From positions 14,473-78,472 of the forward strand of contig CAYHPR010000003.1 of assembly GCA_964358895.1 (NCBI GenBank): a DNA stretch of 64,000 nucleotides, in the 5' to 3' direction. This DNA comes from Candidatus Micrarchaeota archaeon (GTDB lineage Archaea > Micrarchaeota > Micrarchaeia > CABMEP01). The translations under genes and the position numbers were made by a program. The first letter of the stretch is position 1; every line of letters begins with the position of its first letter. The notes under the pieces were generated by a model that did not search any database, was not told where the DNA came from, and was given only the letters and a program-made list of their open reading frames with translations. Of this stretch, positions 1 through 9,800 are shown piece by piece.

Positions 1-111
1 GCCAAAATAGGAATGACTGAAATTGTAATAAGTTTTTTTCTTAGTCCTTCGTGTTTCATTAAACTAGTAGTCTAAACACTTATTTATTGATTATCTCTCA
101 ATCATTTATGT

Positions 112-471
112 TTAGCTTATACTACTTTTTGCTTTTGTTTTGCTTTTTCGTATTGTTCCCGAGGTATATGTTGTTTGTAGATGAACTGGTACATTATCTA
201 GATTGGTGATAATAGGAAGAGCTTGTTTAGCAAGTTCAATAGCATCCCTTCTCACTCTGATAATGGCCAAATCTTTATCGAAAGTAATAACTCTAGCAAT
301 AATCTGTGAATAGCCAATTTCACCAACGAGTTTGAGTAAAGCAGCCGTTAGACCTCGTTCAAACTGTTCTTTAGTGAACGAATGTTCACAGTGGACTTTT
401 ATTGTAATATAACGCCATTTTTCTTTTAGAGTTGCTTTCATTAGCTCCCTTTTCTTAGATATCAAATCCAA
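112..471 (-). CDS. pop5: RNase P protein component 2 (Pop5/Rpp14 family)
   Basis: 119-aa ORF with the Pop5-type N-terminal motif (LKEKWRYITIKV resembles the RxRYL signature). Size and position beside Rpp30 and L15e match the archaeal superoperon context. The true start may be the internal Met at MKATLKEK. Confidence 0.6.
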   Translation of the reverse strand: MDLISKKRELMKATLKEKWRYITIKVHCEHSFTKEQFERGLTAALLKLVGEIGYSQIIARVITFDKDLAIIRVRRDAIELAKQALPIITNLDNVPVHLQTTYTSGTIRKSKTKAKSSIS

Positions 472-739
472 GCTGTTCTTTTATTAGTTTCTTTATTTCT
501 TGTGATTTTTCTGGATTCAGCGACACCTGTGTACCATAATGTGTTGGTTTTCTAAGAATAAATCTCTCTTTTATTAGTTTTTCAGCTAAGTCTTTAGCTA
601 GAGCTAGCCCATGTTTTCCTAATGATTGTGACTTGAATACTTTGAAAATATTTTCATACGCTGTATGACTTCCGCCCCATTTGCGTTTTCTAGCAAGTGA
701 AAATAAAAGTTGTGAACGGAGTCGGTCTTCATTATCCAT
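455..739 (-). CDS. hypothetical basic 94-aa protein
   Basis: Sits between Rpp30 and Pop5 on the same strand. No recognisable motif. The ORF is clean and lysine-rich. Confidence 0.35.
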   Translation of the reverse strand: MDNEDRLRSQLLFSLARKRKWGGSHTAYENIFKVFKSQSLGKHGLALAKDLAEKLIKERFILRKPTHYGTQVSLNPEKSQEIKKLIKEQLGFDI

Positions 740-789
740 TTGTTTACATCGATGTAAATATTTATATAGCTATAGGTTGTAAAGTAATA

Positions 790-1119
790 ATGGAAAAATC
801 ACCATTGTTGGAAGTTATAGGATATTCTGTAGAGAACAGAGTCATAGATTTTCTTATAGAAGGAAAGGGGACAGATTACACCAAAAAGGATATAGCAGAA
901 GGTTGCGATATAGCAAGACCTACGCTTTATAAAATACTTCCAAAATTAATAACAGAGGGAATAGTCAAACACACCAGAACTATAGGTAGAGCAATTTTGT
1001 ATAGTCTGGATGAAGAAAATGAAAAAGTGCAATTATTATTACAGTTAGAAACAATGCTACTTAAGAAGTCATTCGAAGAAGTAGAAAAATCAAAAGTTAA
1101 GGCACATGTTAGACATTAG
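790..1119 (+). CDS. winged-helix transcriptional regulator, opposite strand to the flanking genes
   Basis: About 110 aa from the ATG at 790 (MEKSPLLEV...). The pattern resembles small archaeal wHTH regulators (DIAEGCDIARPTLYKILPKLITEGIVKH...GRAILYSL). The upstream extension to 697 given by the ORF track overlaps the minus-strand gene and is probably spurious. Confidence 0.5.
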   Translation: MEKSPLLEVIGYSVENRVIDFLIEGKGTDYTKKDIAEGCDIARPTLYKILPKLITEGIVKHTRTIGRAILYSLDEENEKVQLLLQLETMLLKKSFEEVEKSKVKAHVRH

Positions 1120-1603
1120 GCCGAATTGACTTTAATGTCTCTTTATTGTCAGGATCTACAAGAGAACAAATTGCAACAATTTCTTCAGGAGTTCTTACGT
1201 TTATTTCGTTTTTAGCTAAAGTTGCAACACGTATTGCAACTTTGTAAGATTTGCAGAATTTTATGAACCTGCTTATCCGATTGATTGTGACTGCTCTCTG
1301 CAATCCTTCTTTTTCAAAGATATCTGAAAGTGCAATGAGCACTGGTTTTTCTTTATCATGTGCAGCAGCAAGAAATGCAACGTCCGTTTCATATGTTGTT
1401 AGGTAGAGAAGGTCAAAGAACCTAGCAGTTCTTTTCAGTTCCTCCGGGTTGTCTGATTTGGAAATTGCCGGTTTCTTCGTTATTCTGTCGGTCGGAGAAT
1501 AGATGTGAATGTCTTTACCGATTACCTGAACAGAAGAGAAGCCGTATTGATTAAATTTTTCAAAATTAAAGGAAACGATATCAGCAAATTTCGATTTAGG
1601 CAT
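1109..1603 (-). CDS. rnp3: RNase P protein component 3 (Rpp30/Rpp1-like TIM-barrel), short form
   Basis: The C-terminal 100 aa align by eye to Pyrococcus Rpp30: DVAFLAAAHDKEKPVLIALSDIF...RAVTINRISRFIKFCKSYKVAIRVATLAKNEINVRTPEEIVAICSLV against [23 protein letters not shown]...[47 protein letters not shown]. It lies between L15e and Pop5 as in the canonical superoperon. Confidence 0.55.
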   Translation of the reverse strand: MPKSKFADIVSFNFEKFNQYGFSSVQVIGKDIHIYSPTDRITKKPAISKSDNPEELKRTARFFDLLYLTTYETDVAFLAAAHDKEKPVLIALSDIFEKEGLQRAVTINRISRFIKFCKSYKVAIRVATLAKNEINVRTPEEIVAICSLVDPDNKETLKSIRPNV

Positions 1604-2117
1604 AAAGGCCCCTTGTCTTCCTTCCTAACCTTGTCATACCTCTAAATACACGTCCTTTTGGTAGAGTCAGACCCGTGAGTTTAGTGTCGACTAGAATAAT
1701 TTCAAAAAATTTGAGCATACCGTCAGAACCAACAAAGTATGAGTTAAGAACTTCAAGGTTTCTGAATGCTCTGGAAGCTCTCTCTTCAGCAATTAGTTGA
1801 AGTGATTTGTGTCTTGAGAAGAAACGACCCGTCTTTGACGGTTTCCTTCCTCTAAGCATCTTGATACGTTTGCGTTTTCCTCTCTTTACACGTACTCGGA
1901 CAACCACGTAACCTTTCTTTGCCTTGTAGCCCAGCGTGTGTGCTCTTGCGATATTTGTCGGTCTCTCAACACGTACCATCGGAGCTTCTTTTCTCCACTT
2001 AACGATTCTCTCCCGATAAATAGGCGAGCGTTCAGCATATTCGCTCTGGAACGTTTGTTGTATATGTTTATAAGAAGACATAATTATCTTTGATCCTTTA
2101 ACTGTGATTACTTTCAT
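1596..2117 (-). CDS. rpl15e: 50S ribosomal protein L15e
   Basis: Strong match to the archaeal L15e pattern (RPTNIARAHTLGYKAKKGYVVVRVRVKRGKRKR...EERASRAFRNLEVLNSYFVG...RVFRGMTRLGRKTRGL). Confidence 0.9.
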   Translation of the reverse strand: MKVITVKGSKIIMSSYKHIQQTFQSEYAERSPIYRERIVKWRKEAPMVRVERPTNIARAHTLGYKAKKGYVVVRVRVKRGKRKRIKMLRGRKPSKTGRFFSRHKSLQLIAEERASRAFRNLEVLNSYFVGSDGMLKFFEIILVDTKLTGLTLPKGRVFRGMTRLGRKTRGLYA

Positions 2118-2152
2118 CTAAAAGAATATAAGTCTAACGAATAAGCCTATAA

Positions 2153-3385
2153 CTAAAATTCTACGTGTTTACCAGTTCCAACTGTTTCATCAGTCGATTC
2201 TTTCTTTTCTTCGCTTATCCTTCTTTCAATTATTTCTCTCTTTTCAACTTTTTTTTCTTTTTCCTTTGGTTTTTTTTCTTCTTTCTGCCTTTTTTCACCG
2301 CTTATTTCATAAGATTGTTTTCGTTTTCCAATTTGTGTTTCGTAGAACTCATTGACTAGCCTGCTTGCTTCAGCAGCAATTTGGCTAGACCTATCTTTTT
2401 CTTCTTGCTCACTAAGCCATTTATTAAATTTAGTCACATATCTGTTCAAAATATCGTTTAACTTACTTTTTTCTCCGTAGTCTACAATGTCCTGAGGTTT
2501 CTTAGTCTTCTTTTTCTTGACCCATTCGTCCATAAACTCTTTTTTGAGTTGTTCGACTGTTTTTTCTTTTGGTCTTTGTGAGTCTATAAATGCAAGATAT
2601 TCCTCAATTGTTTTGTTTCCGCTCACTTTTCCTATAACTGCTTGAAATAAATTTTTTGCGTATCCCTCTGCGTCATTTCGCCATTTATCTTCGTCAGTTT
2701 GTGGCTCTATCTTTATCTCCTTTACATTTATTGTACGTACTTCATCCAATTTCTGATCAGTCAAGAATGCAAGGCAACTCGCTTGGCGGTTCATTTCAGT
2801 TATTGCATTTTCATATTCTGTCAATTCTTTAGGTTTCGGATAAGTGTTTTGATCACATTCTCTAAGTTTCCATCCGTTCGGCCCCCAATCCTCTTTATCC
2901 CATCTAGCTTCTTGTTTCCATTTCGAGTTAGCTAATGTAGTTCCTTTAGTATACTCTTCAATAACTGGTTTCATTCCAAGTTTTTCTATTATCCTACTTA
3001 TCGCCCCATATTCTGATTCTGTGAGAATAAGCATCAATTTTGCATCTTTATTTTCATCGATAAGAAGCTTGTTTAGTTCTCGGTATTGATTGACATCTAT
3101 CGATCTATCCTTTTGTTGATAGTCTATTTGTTTTAAACATACTTTTGTTTTATCAATCAGTGTCATTGTTTCTTTGTAATCGTGATTAAGTTCTTTGTTT
3201 TTTTTCTGAGCTTTTTTTTCAACTTCGTAATATACTGCCATTACTTTTTCTTTCGTTTCTGCAGGTAGGCTTTCTGTCATTTTGTTAACGATTGCGTTCC
3301 GTAGTTCCTGGCGTTTTCTGAAGGCTTCTTTTTCTGTATCTATTTTCGGTGTTAGTAGTCTCGACACTCCCATTTTATCGCTCAT
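2153..3385 (-). CDS. hypothetical highly charged K/E-rich protein (410 aa)
   Basis: Long clean ORF lying just upstream of L15e on the same strand. Low-complexity KEKEKK tail. No recognisable catalytic motif. Confidence 0.5.
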   Translation of the reverse strand: MSDKMGVSRLLTPKIDTEKEAFRKRQELRNAIVNKMTESLPAETKEKVMAVYYEVEKKAQKKNKELNHDYKETMTLIDKTKVCLKQIDYQQKDRSIDVNQYRELNKLLIDENKDAKLMLILTESEYGAISRIIEKLGMKPVIEEYTKGTTLANSKWKQEARWDKEDWGPNGWKLRECDQNTYPKPKELTEYENAITEMNRQASCLAFLTDQKLDEVRTINVKEIKIEPQTDEDKWRNDAEGYAKNLFQAVIGKVSGNKTIEEYLAFIDSQRPKEKTVEQLKKEFMDEWVKKKKTKKPQDIVDYGEKSKLNDILNRYVTKFNKWLSEQEEKDRSSQIAAEASRLVNEFYETQIGKRKQSYEISGEKRQKEEKKPKEKEKKVEKREIIERRISEEKKESTDETVGTGKHVEF

Positions 3386-3524
3386 ACATCAATATCCAGT
3401 TTTCATTTATAAATTAATGTGTTTTACAACTTATTCGGGAAAATTTCAATCCCAAAGGTATTTATATGAGAAACGCATAACGTATTTAGTTAAGGACGAG
3501 GCGTGTGGGCGCCAGAGGGATTAT

Positions 3525-4994
3525 ATGGTTTCGATATTTGGAAGAAAGAAAAATACTAATCAAACAGATGATTCGGATAAGGATCAAGTCCGTTCAATCG
3601 TTACGCGACTGAGTGAGCGAATAAATAGTTCTAAGACAGATCTTGCAGCAATACAGCCCCTTATCTCAAATAAAGTGGCTGAAAAAGAAGATCTTCTAAG
3701 ACAACAGGCAGAAGCTAGACTTAAGCAAGAAGGCATTGAATACGATATAGTTTATACTGTAAGAACGGTTAATGCAGAAGTAGATCAAAATAAAAAAGAT
3801 CAAACATTAGTGGAAGAGTTGGGAGCACGTAAAGCGCTTCTAGAAGTAAAATGCAAGGCTCTGCAAACTAATCTTGATGAAGAAGCAGCATATTTCGCTG
3901 ATTTGCAAAAAAAGCACGAAGCAAACGTGAAAGAACTTTCTGGTAAACTTAAAAAAGCAGAAGCAGCTCTTTCTGACATTAATTCAAAGGAAACAAAAGA
4001 GCTTGTCGATGCAATTGAGAGACGTTCAAAAGAAGTGAATGAGGCACGTGATCAATTGAAGTTGCTTAAAGTACTTGATGATAAATCTGAAAAGAAAGAA
4101 CAGGCACCTCTCTTTTCAGATTCAACAAAGAGAAAAATACGTAAATCTATTGTAGGCGTAGCCGTTGTAGCTGCTGTATTTGGTCTCTATAAATTAGTCG
4201 AATGGGGTACTAATAAGAAGCTAGAAAGCATAAGAAACGCTGCGAGAGAGGAGTTATTAATTGAAAATGCTAAACAACGGAAAGAAGAACGAAGAAAACT
4301 TGCTGAGCAGACGGCGAAAGAGGAACAAGAAAAGCAGGCAAGCTTAAGTGAAAAAGAGCGAAATATGTTGAAGTATAATGCTAGAATGCCATTACTTATA
4401 GAGGAGCTTAATAAGATTGCATCAGATAAGAAAAATTCAAGGAACAAATTAGCTAAAAGAATAATACAATTAATCAATGAAACAAGCCAAGATGAGTATA
4501 GAACCTTGGTTTTGTTCATAGGTCACGCAGAAAGAGACCTATACAAGCAGGGCTGGAATGGAGATTATAATCAAGACAATTCTCTTAACGATCTAAAAAA
4601 GTATATTCTTAAAGAAAGAGAAGTCGCACAGGAACGTGCTAAGCCAAAAAAGATAACCGAGACAAAAGAGGCGCCTAAACAAGAGTACACGGATGCCCAA
4701 ATACAAAATTCTAAAGAGGTTATGGCTCGTTTATTGGTCGATGTCGTAGAATTAAAAGGGCAAGTGCCAGTCATTAGAACTGCTGACAATGCCAATGAAG
4801 TACTGAAGATTTTGACCAATATCTATCAGGGATCCCTACAGTCAGATGGTGTCGAGTTCATTCCAAACGTAGAAGTTAGAAAAGACGAGAACTCAGAAAC
4901 AACTAATATCAAAAATTATCTTGGTAAGCGCAAGGTTGTTCGTATCAGAGTTGTGGGCGACAGCAAGCTTGAAGCACAGATAGTTAAAAGATAG
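3525..4994 (+). CDS. coiled-coil protein with one central TM helix and a conserved C-terminal module (paralog A)
   Basis: The ATG at 3525 avoids overlap with the upstream minus-strand gene. Heptad-rich, charged sequence. Central hydrophobic helix SIVGVAVVAAVFGLYKLV. The C-terminal 90 aa are about 50% identical to the C-terminus of the next gene (KEVM..KG..DNA..VL..LT..YQGS..GV.F.P....VR.RVVGDSKLEA). Confidence 0.6.
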   Translation: MVSIFGRKKNTNQTDDSDKDQVRSIVTRLSERINSSKTDLAAIQPLISNKVAEKEDLLRQQAEARLKQEGIEYDIVYTVRTVNAEVDQNKKDQTLVEELGARKALLEVKCKALQTNLDEEAAYFADLQKKHEANVKELSGKLKKAEAALSDINSKETKELVDAIERRSKEVNEARDQLKLLKVLDDKSEKKEQAPLFSDSTKRKIRKSIVGVAVVAAVFGLYKLVEWGTNKKLESIRNAAREELLIENAKQRKEERRKLAEQTAKEEQEKQASLSEKERNMLKYNARMPLLIEELNKIASDKKNSRNKLAKRIIQLINETSQDEYRTLVLFIGHAERDLYKQGWNGDYNQDNSLNDLKKYILKEREVAQERAKPKKITETKEAPKQEYTDAQIQNSKEVMARLLVDVVELKGQVPVIRTADNANEVLKILTNIYQGSLQSDGVEFIPNVEVRKDENSETTNIKNYLGKRKVVRIRVVGDSKLEAQIVKR

Positions 4995-5079
4995 TAGTTA
5001 AATCAATTTTACTATCTTTTATTTTCATGCCTTCCCGTAAACATTTAAAAGGGAGGAGTGATCTAATACTCGTGAGGTC

Positions 5080-6756
5080 ATGGGTGATCGTACGCCAGTG
5101 CAAGCACAAAAAAAAGTTGAACCAAAAGTTAGCGATGTGCATAAAGTTGATGCGTCACTAGACCTTCTGTCGCTTTGGGTTGAACAAGGAAGAGGACAAA
5201 AAGGAAAGTTGGAACCTAATCGAGTTGTCAGTGCGTTGCTAATCTCAGATGATTTAAAGAAAGGTAATCAGTCCGACAGTGGCTTTAGAAGCGAAAAAGA
5301 TGCAGAAAAAATATTCTCTACCCTAAAAAATGTCGTCGGGATAACAGAAAAAGGAACAGTGTTCGAATTTAAAACCCGAGACGATATTATGTATCGTACA
5401 CGTTTATTTTTAAATGGTGAAAAAAGTTTTGTTCAGATTACACCTCTGCTTTCTCCACCGTTGGATCTTGCAGATCTCGAAGTTCGTATGAACGGCAAGG
5501 GATCTACCTATGAAGATGCAGCATTCGCAGTCCGCTTTTTGGCCGAAGGTAAAGGAGCAAGTACAATTCTTGTTTTTGACAGCCGAGAAACAGCCGAGAA
5601 ATTTGCTGAACGTTTTTCTACTATTGCAGGCGTTACTAATTTCGAACAGAATAAAATAATCAAGGTCACTCCTCAAATGGGACGGCCGGTAAGTGTTAGG
5701 CAGGGTGGTAATAAAGTTATGTTTGCAGGAGATATCCGACTTATTTACAAAGAAATTTGGAACGAACTAAAAACGCAGTTTGGCCGTGATGAAAGCGATT
5801 TCAAGAGTAAACCATTCGATATTCAGTTAACTGTCAGAAATAAGAACGCATTGGATGTCGCATTAGATGCAATTATTTTGGCCGGTTTCATGTCTACCAA
5901 CCAGAAAGTAGAATACTTGAGAGACGTTAATGACAAACTTACTAATATTTCAGCTGTAATAAGGACGGATCCGAAGGAGTATAAGAACCTTCTTAATAAA
6001 ATGCTAAATCAGCAAAAAATTTGGATTAATACATTTGATAAGGCAGACAGGTCAACCAAAGAAAGAATTATTTTTGAACTTGAAGATGAGTGGCGTAAAG
6101 CAGCTCAAGAACTAATAATCGAAGGGCCAGCCCATTATCTATACAAAGATTTACGAACACTGCGAGGGAAGGACCTTAGGGAGCTAAGGAATACTTTCGC
6201 TCTTAAATTAGGGATGAAAAAATTAGAATCTCCTCCGCAACCCGAACCTTCAGTTAAGAAATCGACAGCCAAAACTGATGAACGGGAAGTCGAAAAATTC
6301 GTAGACATCAAAGGTAAAAATGAGGAGAAAATTTTGGAGCTGCAAAAGTCTGGAAAGGATGTTCCAGTCCTAGAAGTTTCAGAAAAAGAAGCAGATAAAA
6401 TATTACAAGGGCTTATGACATTTAGAAAAACAGAAGAAAAGAAGGGCGTAAAAGAAAAAGTAGAAGAAAAGGCAGAAAAACTAAAGTATTCCTCTGAGCA
6501 GGTTGAGTCAGCTAAAGAAGTCATGAGTCAATTAAAGAAAGATCTTGTGGATATGAAAGGTATTTCGGTTACAAGAAAAGTGGATAATGCATCTGTCGTT
6601 TTAAGTGTTTTGACGGATCTTTACCAAGGATCAGTTAAGCAAGAAGGAGTCACATTCACCCCCTCAGATCTGCAGAAATTTCTAAAGAAAAAAGTTATGC
6701 GTGTCAGAGTCGTTGGCGACAGTAAGCTTGAAGCAGAAGTCATGAAAGCAGATTAA
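5080..6756 (+). CDS. soluble coiled-coil protein with the same C-terminal module (paralog B)
   Basis: A GGGAGGAG ribosome-binding site sits 8-10 nt upstream of the ATG. 558 aa with no TM helix. The C-terminal 90 aa are conserved with paralog A (MRVRVVGDSKLEAEVMK). Confidence 0.65.
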   Translation: MGDRTPVQAQKKVEPKVSDVHKVDASLDLLSLWVEQGRGQKGKLEPNRVVSALLISDDLKKGNQSDSGFRSEKDAEKIFSTLKNVVGITEKGTVFEFKTRDDIMYRTRLFLNGEKSFVQITPLLSPPLDLADLEVRMNGKGSTYEDAAFAVRFLAEGKGASTILVFDSRETAEKFAERFSTIAGVTNFEQNKIIKVTPQMGRPVSVRQGGNKVMFAGDIRLIYKEIWNELKTQFGRDESDFKSKPFDIQLTVRNKNALDVALDAIILAGFMSTNQKVEYLRDVNDKLTNISAVIRTDPKEYKNLLNKMLNQQKIWINTFDKADRSTKERIIFELEDEWRKAAQELIIEGPAHYLYKDLRTLRGKDLRELRNTFALKLGMKKLESPPQPEPSVKKSTAKTDEREVEKFVDIKGKNEEKILELQKSGKDVPVLEVSEKEADKILQGLMTFRKTEEKKGVKEKVEEKAEKLKYSSEQVESAKEVMSQLKKDLVDMKGISVTRKVDNASVVLSVLTDLYQGSVKQEGVTFTPSDLQKFLKKKVMRVRVVGDSKLEAEVMKAD

Positions 6757-6855
6757 TGGCTCGTTCCGTTTATCCTATCTTCTAATTATCCGTTAGCCGT
6801 CGTCTATTGCATTGTATATTGAAAGACTTAAATAGGTAAAACGCACTAAATATTC

Positions 6856-9800
6856 ATGTACACAACGAGTTTCAGGTCTATTAAAGCAATTAAGAAGTTT
6901 ATACTGCATCCTGTACGTAAGTTCATCACTTATCCACTAGTTTCTACTTTTCTTATGTATAATACTGTTCTTGGAACAGATCTGTCCCAGGAGAATGACA
7001 AATATTTAAAAAGAACAATTGATGCTACTATTATGGGAAGTGAAAAGGATATGGGTGGAGTCGTTGCGCAGAAAAAAGAAGAGGTAAAACCAATTACTTC
7101 AGCTCCTACTGTTGTCGGTATTATTGAAAAAGAGATCTATTCTTATCATCAAGCGAATGAAGAAATAAATGGTTTCAAAAGACAAGGATTAGAAACGTTA
7201 AATCAGTTCGATTCCTTATTTAACAGATCAAAAAAGTTTAACAAAGAAAAATCTTCTCAATTTATCGATGCAGACGGTAAGCCACAGTTAAGAAAAGCAT
7301 TAGATTGGTTAAACAAGAATATTGCAAAATTTGAAGATGCTCCAAGAACTGATGCTTATTTTTTACAGCGTTCTCTTGAAATTTTGGGTAAGTTTGAGGC
7401 ATCGGAAGAAAAAGTATTGGATTTACTTAAAAAAGTAGACAAAAGTTTTCAAGAAATCGGAATGGTTGAAGAGGTTCGTACAGCCATAATTGAGCATTAT
7501 CTGCCCATTTTTTATCAGGCTGGAAATATAATTGCAAGTCAAGCAGACAAACGTTCCTATGATGTAGCCGAAGGTAATGCCGATAATTTAACTAAATCCA
7601 TAGATAGGTGGCACACATTCATAAGCAAGTCAGAGTTTACCAAAGAGGATGTTGAAAGTTTCGTTAATGAACAGGATAACTTAGAAAAAGAAAATAAGAA
7701 AAATCATAACCTAGAAATTGATTTGACTAATCCTAAAAATGATATCTCAGGCTTCACGGATTATTCTAAATTCAAGAGAGTACCATTCGACCCAGGCCTT
7801 AATTACATTGGCAAATACTATTCAGCTTTGTTCTCGATACAATTTGAGAAACCAGAAAAACTGAGGAATATTAACTGGTACTATTTAAGTCAGACAGATT
7901 TTGGGTACGCAACCAACGTTACATTCCAATTAATGGATCAAGTTTACCAAGAAGGACTTCAAAGTGTAACTATTGTTAAAAAAGCACTCGAAGATTCGGT
8001 AGGTAAAAAAGTCAAAAAAGAAGAATTCAGATCAAATGCATTCTTACCTGAACGATTTGGCACGATAAGCGATTATTACAAAACTCAGCACAGAGATCTC
8101 AAAAATTTTGTAGGGCAGAGTTTTGATGAGTGGGTCGACATGTATAATCCGCCATATCCTCTTTTAGTCAAACTTAGACTTAGATTAGGAGAGCTTTATA
8201 CAAAAAGCATTTATCATGCAGTTAGAAATGAGAAATCAGAATTCGACCGTAACAAGAAAAGTTCAGAGCAGTTAGTCGCTGTTTTTGAAGAGACACTAAA
8301 ATCTTCTAAAAAATATACTATTGAACAACTTAAGAAATTGAACGGCGTTATGTTGACAGCTAGATCCGCTTCAGGATCTGAGCTTAGAGACATATTGCAC
8401 GATCAGTACGGTCTTGGAAATTTTTACGATTGGTTGGTCTTAAACAAAATCGATGTTGCCAAACTTCTTCTAACTATTCCTATAATTGAACCAGGTAGCA
8501 AAGAAGAGGTTTATCTGCGACACCCTCTTTATGGAAAACTCATGGACGTTTTTGTTACTTCCGTTTTTTATCCTCTTTCGAAAGAGCAAAAACCAAATAT
8601 GCCTTACTTATCAAAGGAAGGCGAACGTTATCCTCTTTTTGGTAATGTTCCTTTTCGTGAATTCATAGTTGGATCTGATAAAAAGATTACTGAAAAGACA
8701 AAGGTATCTGAAGTTGACAAAATAATTGAAGAGAAAAATAAAACATTAATTCCACTGCCGCGTGATATAATCCTAAATGCGAGACAAAGTAAAGAAGATA
8801 TTTCATTCTCACCTGGAGACTCATCAGTTAATACAAAGGTTGCGATCCAACCATACACTTTCGATCTAGTTTCGCACAAATATTCTAAAACAGACAAGGT
8901 TCATGATGAAGAAGCAATCTCCTTTACACCTGGAGTAAGAACAACAATCTTCGGAGTTCCAGTCAATCTGACTATGTCAGACGAGTGGGGTGCAGATATC
9001 CCTGCGTATCTATTGAGAAATCCATTCGAAAAAGACTTTAGGAATCAGAGATGGGATGCATCCTATGAACAGGTTAAATTCACAAAAGATGATCAAACAA
9101 TCGAAATAACTTATTCAGACATAAGTAGTTTCGATCAATTCGTTCTCCAAAATAAAGGATGGAATAAAGAAGGAAATATATATTCCAAAGGGAAGTACAA
9201 GTTGACAATAGGTGAAAATGATTTCGTTTTGAGCGATACAAAGCAAGAAGTTTCCATTAAGATTCCAAAAGATTTTTCAGAGTATGCTAGACCAGAAGAT
9301 AAGGATAAAAAAAGAATTCGATACGGGACAGAGGGTGTTAAAGTAGACATGCCTAGATACTATGCAACTTTCAAATCAAACAAAGCACCCGTATCTGCTG
9401 AGATACCGTTGACATCTGCCCACGGAGATGTGCGTTTCATTAAGAGCTGGTTTTGGTTAAACAGATCTATTGTATCTGTGCCAGGAGACGGACTGAAGGC
9501 AGGACAGGACTTCCATGTTAAATCAATAGTTTCAAGAGAACCAACTCAAAGAACATTTTCTTTAGGTGTTAGAACTGGAGGATATTCAGCATATCAGACA
9601 AAAAGTGAGATTGAAACTAACTTACCTCCTTCTCTTTCAATTCAACCTCCAGTTTCTGTTTCTAGGACGATCAATCAGCAGCTTTCTTTTGTCAATACTG
9701 CATTTATTCCAAATCCGATAGTCTTGAAGAATTTGGGGATTAAAGCAGGAGATATTTTATCAGCTGCAGATTCATTGAAGAATTATGTAGATGTAATGCA

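Noticed and set aside
1-59. Possible 5'-truncated minus-strand ORF at the window edge (MKHEGLRKKLITISVIPIL...)
   Set aside because: Only about 20 codons are visible, with no motif. That is insufficient to support a feature.
697-789. N-terminal extension of the wHTH ORF back to 697
   Set aside because: It overlaps the 3' end of the minus-strand 94-aa gene, reads as low-complexity hydrophobic sequence, and an in-frame ATG at 790 begins the recognisable domain.
2165-2359. Numerous short ORFs from the six-frame track nested antisense inside long genes (e.g. 2165-2359, 2699-2935, 4187-4519, 8486-8897, 17911-18228, 25689-25931, 42300-42675, 43889-45201)
   Set aside because: Each is fully contained within a longer ORF whose protein has recognisable motifs or coherent composition. 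Their translations are low-complexity F/L/S-rich strings, typical of antisense reading of AT-rich or K/E-rich coding sequence.
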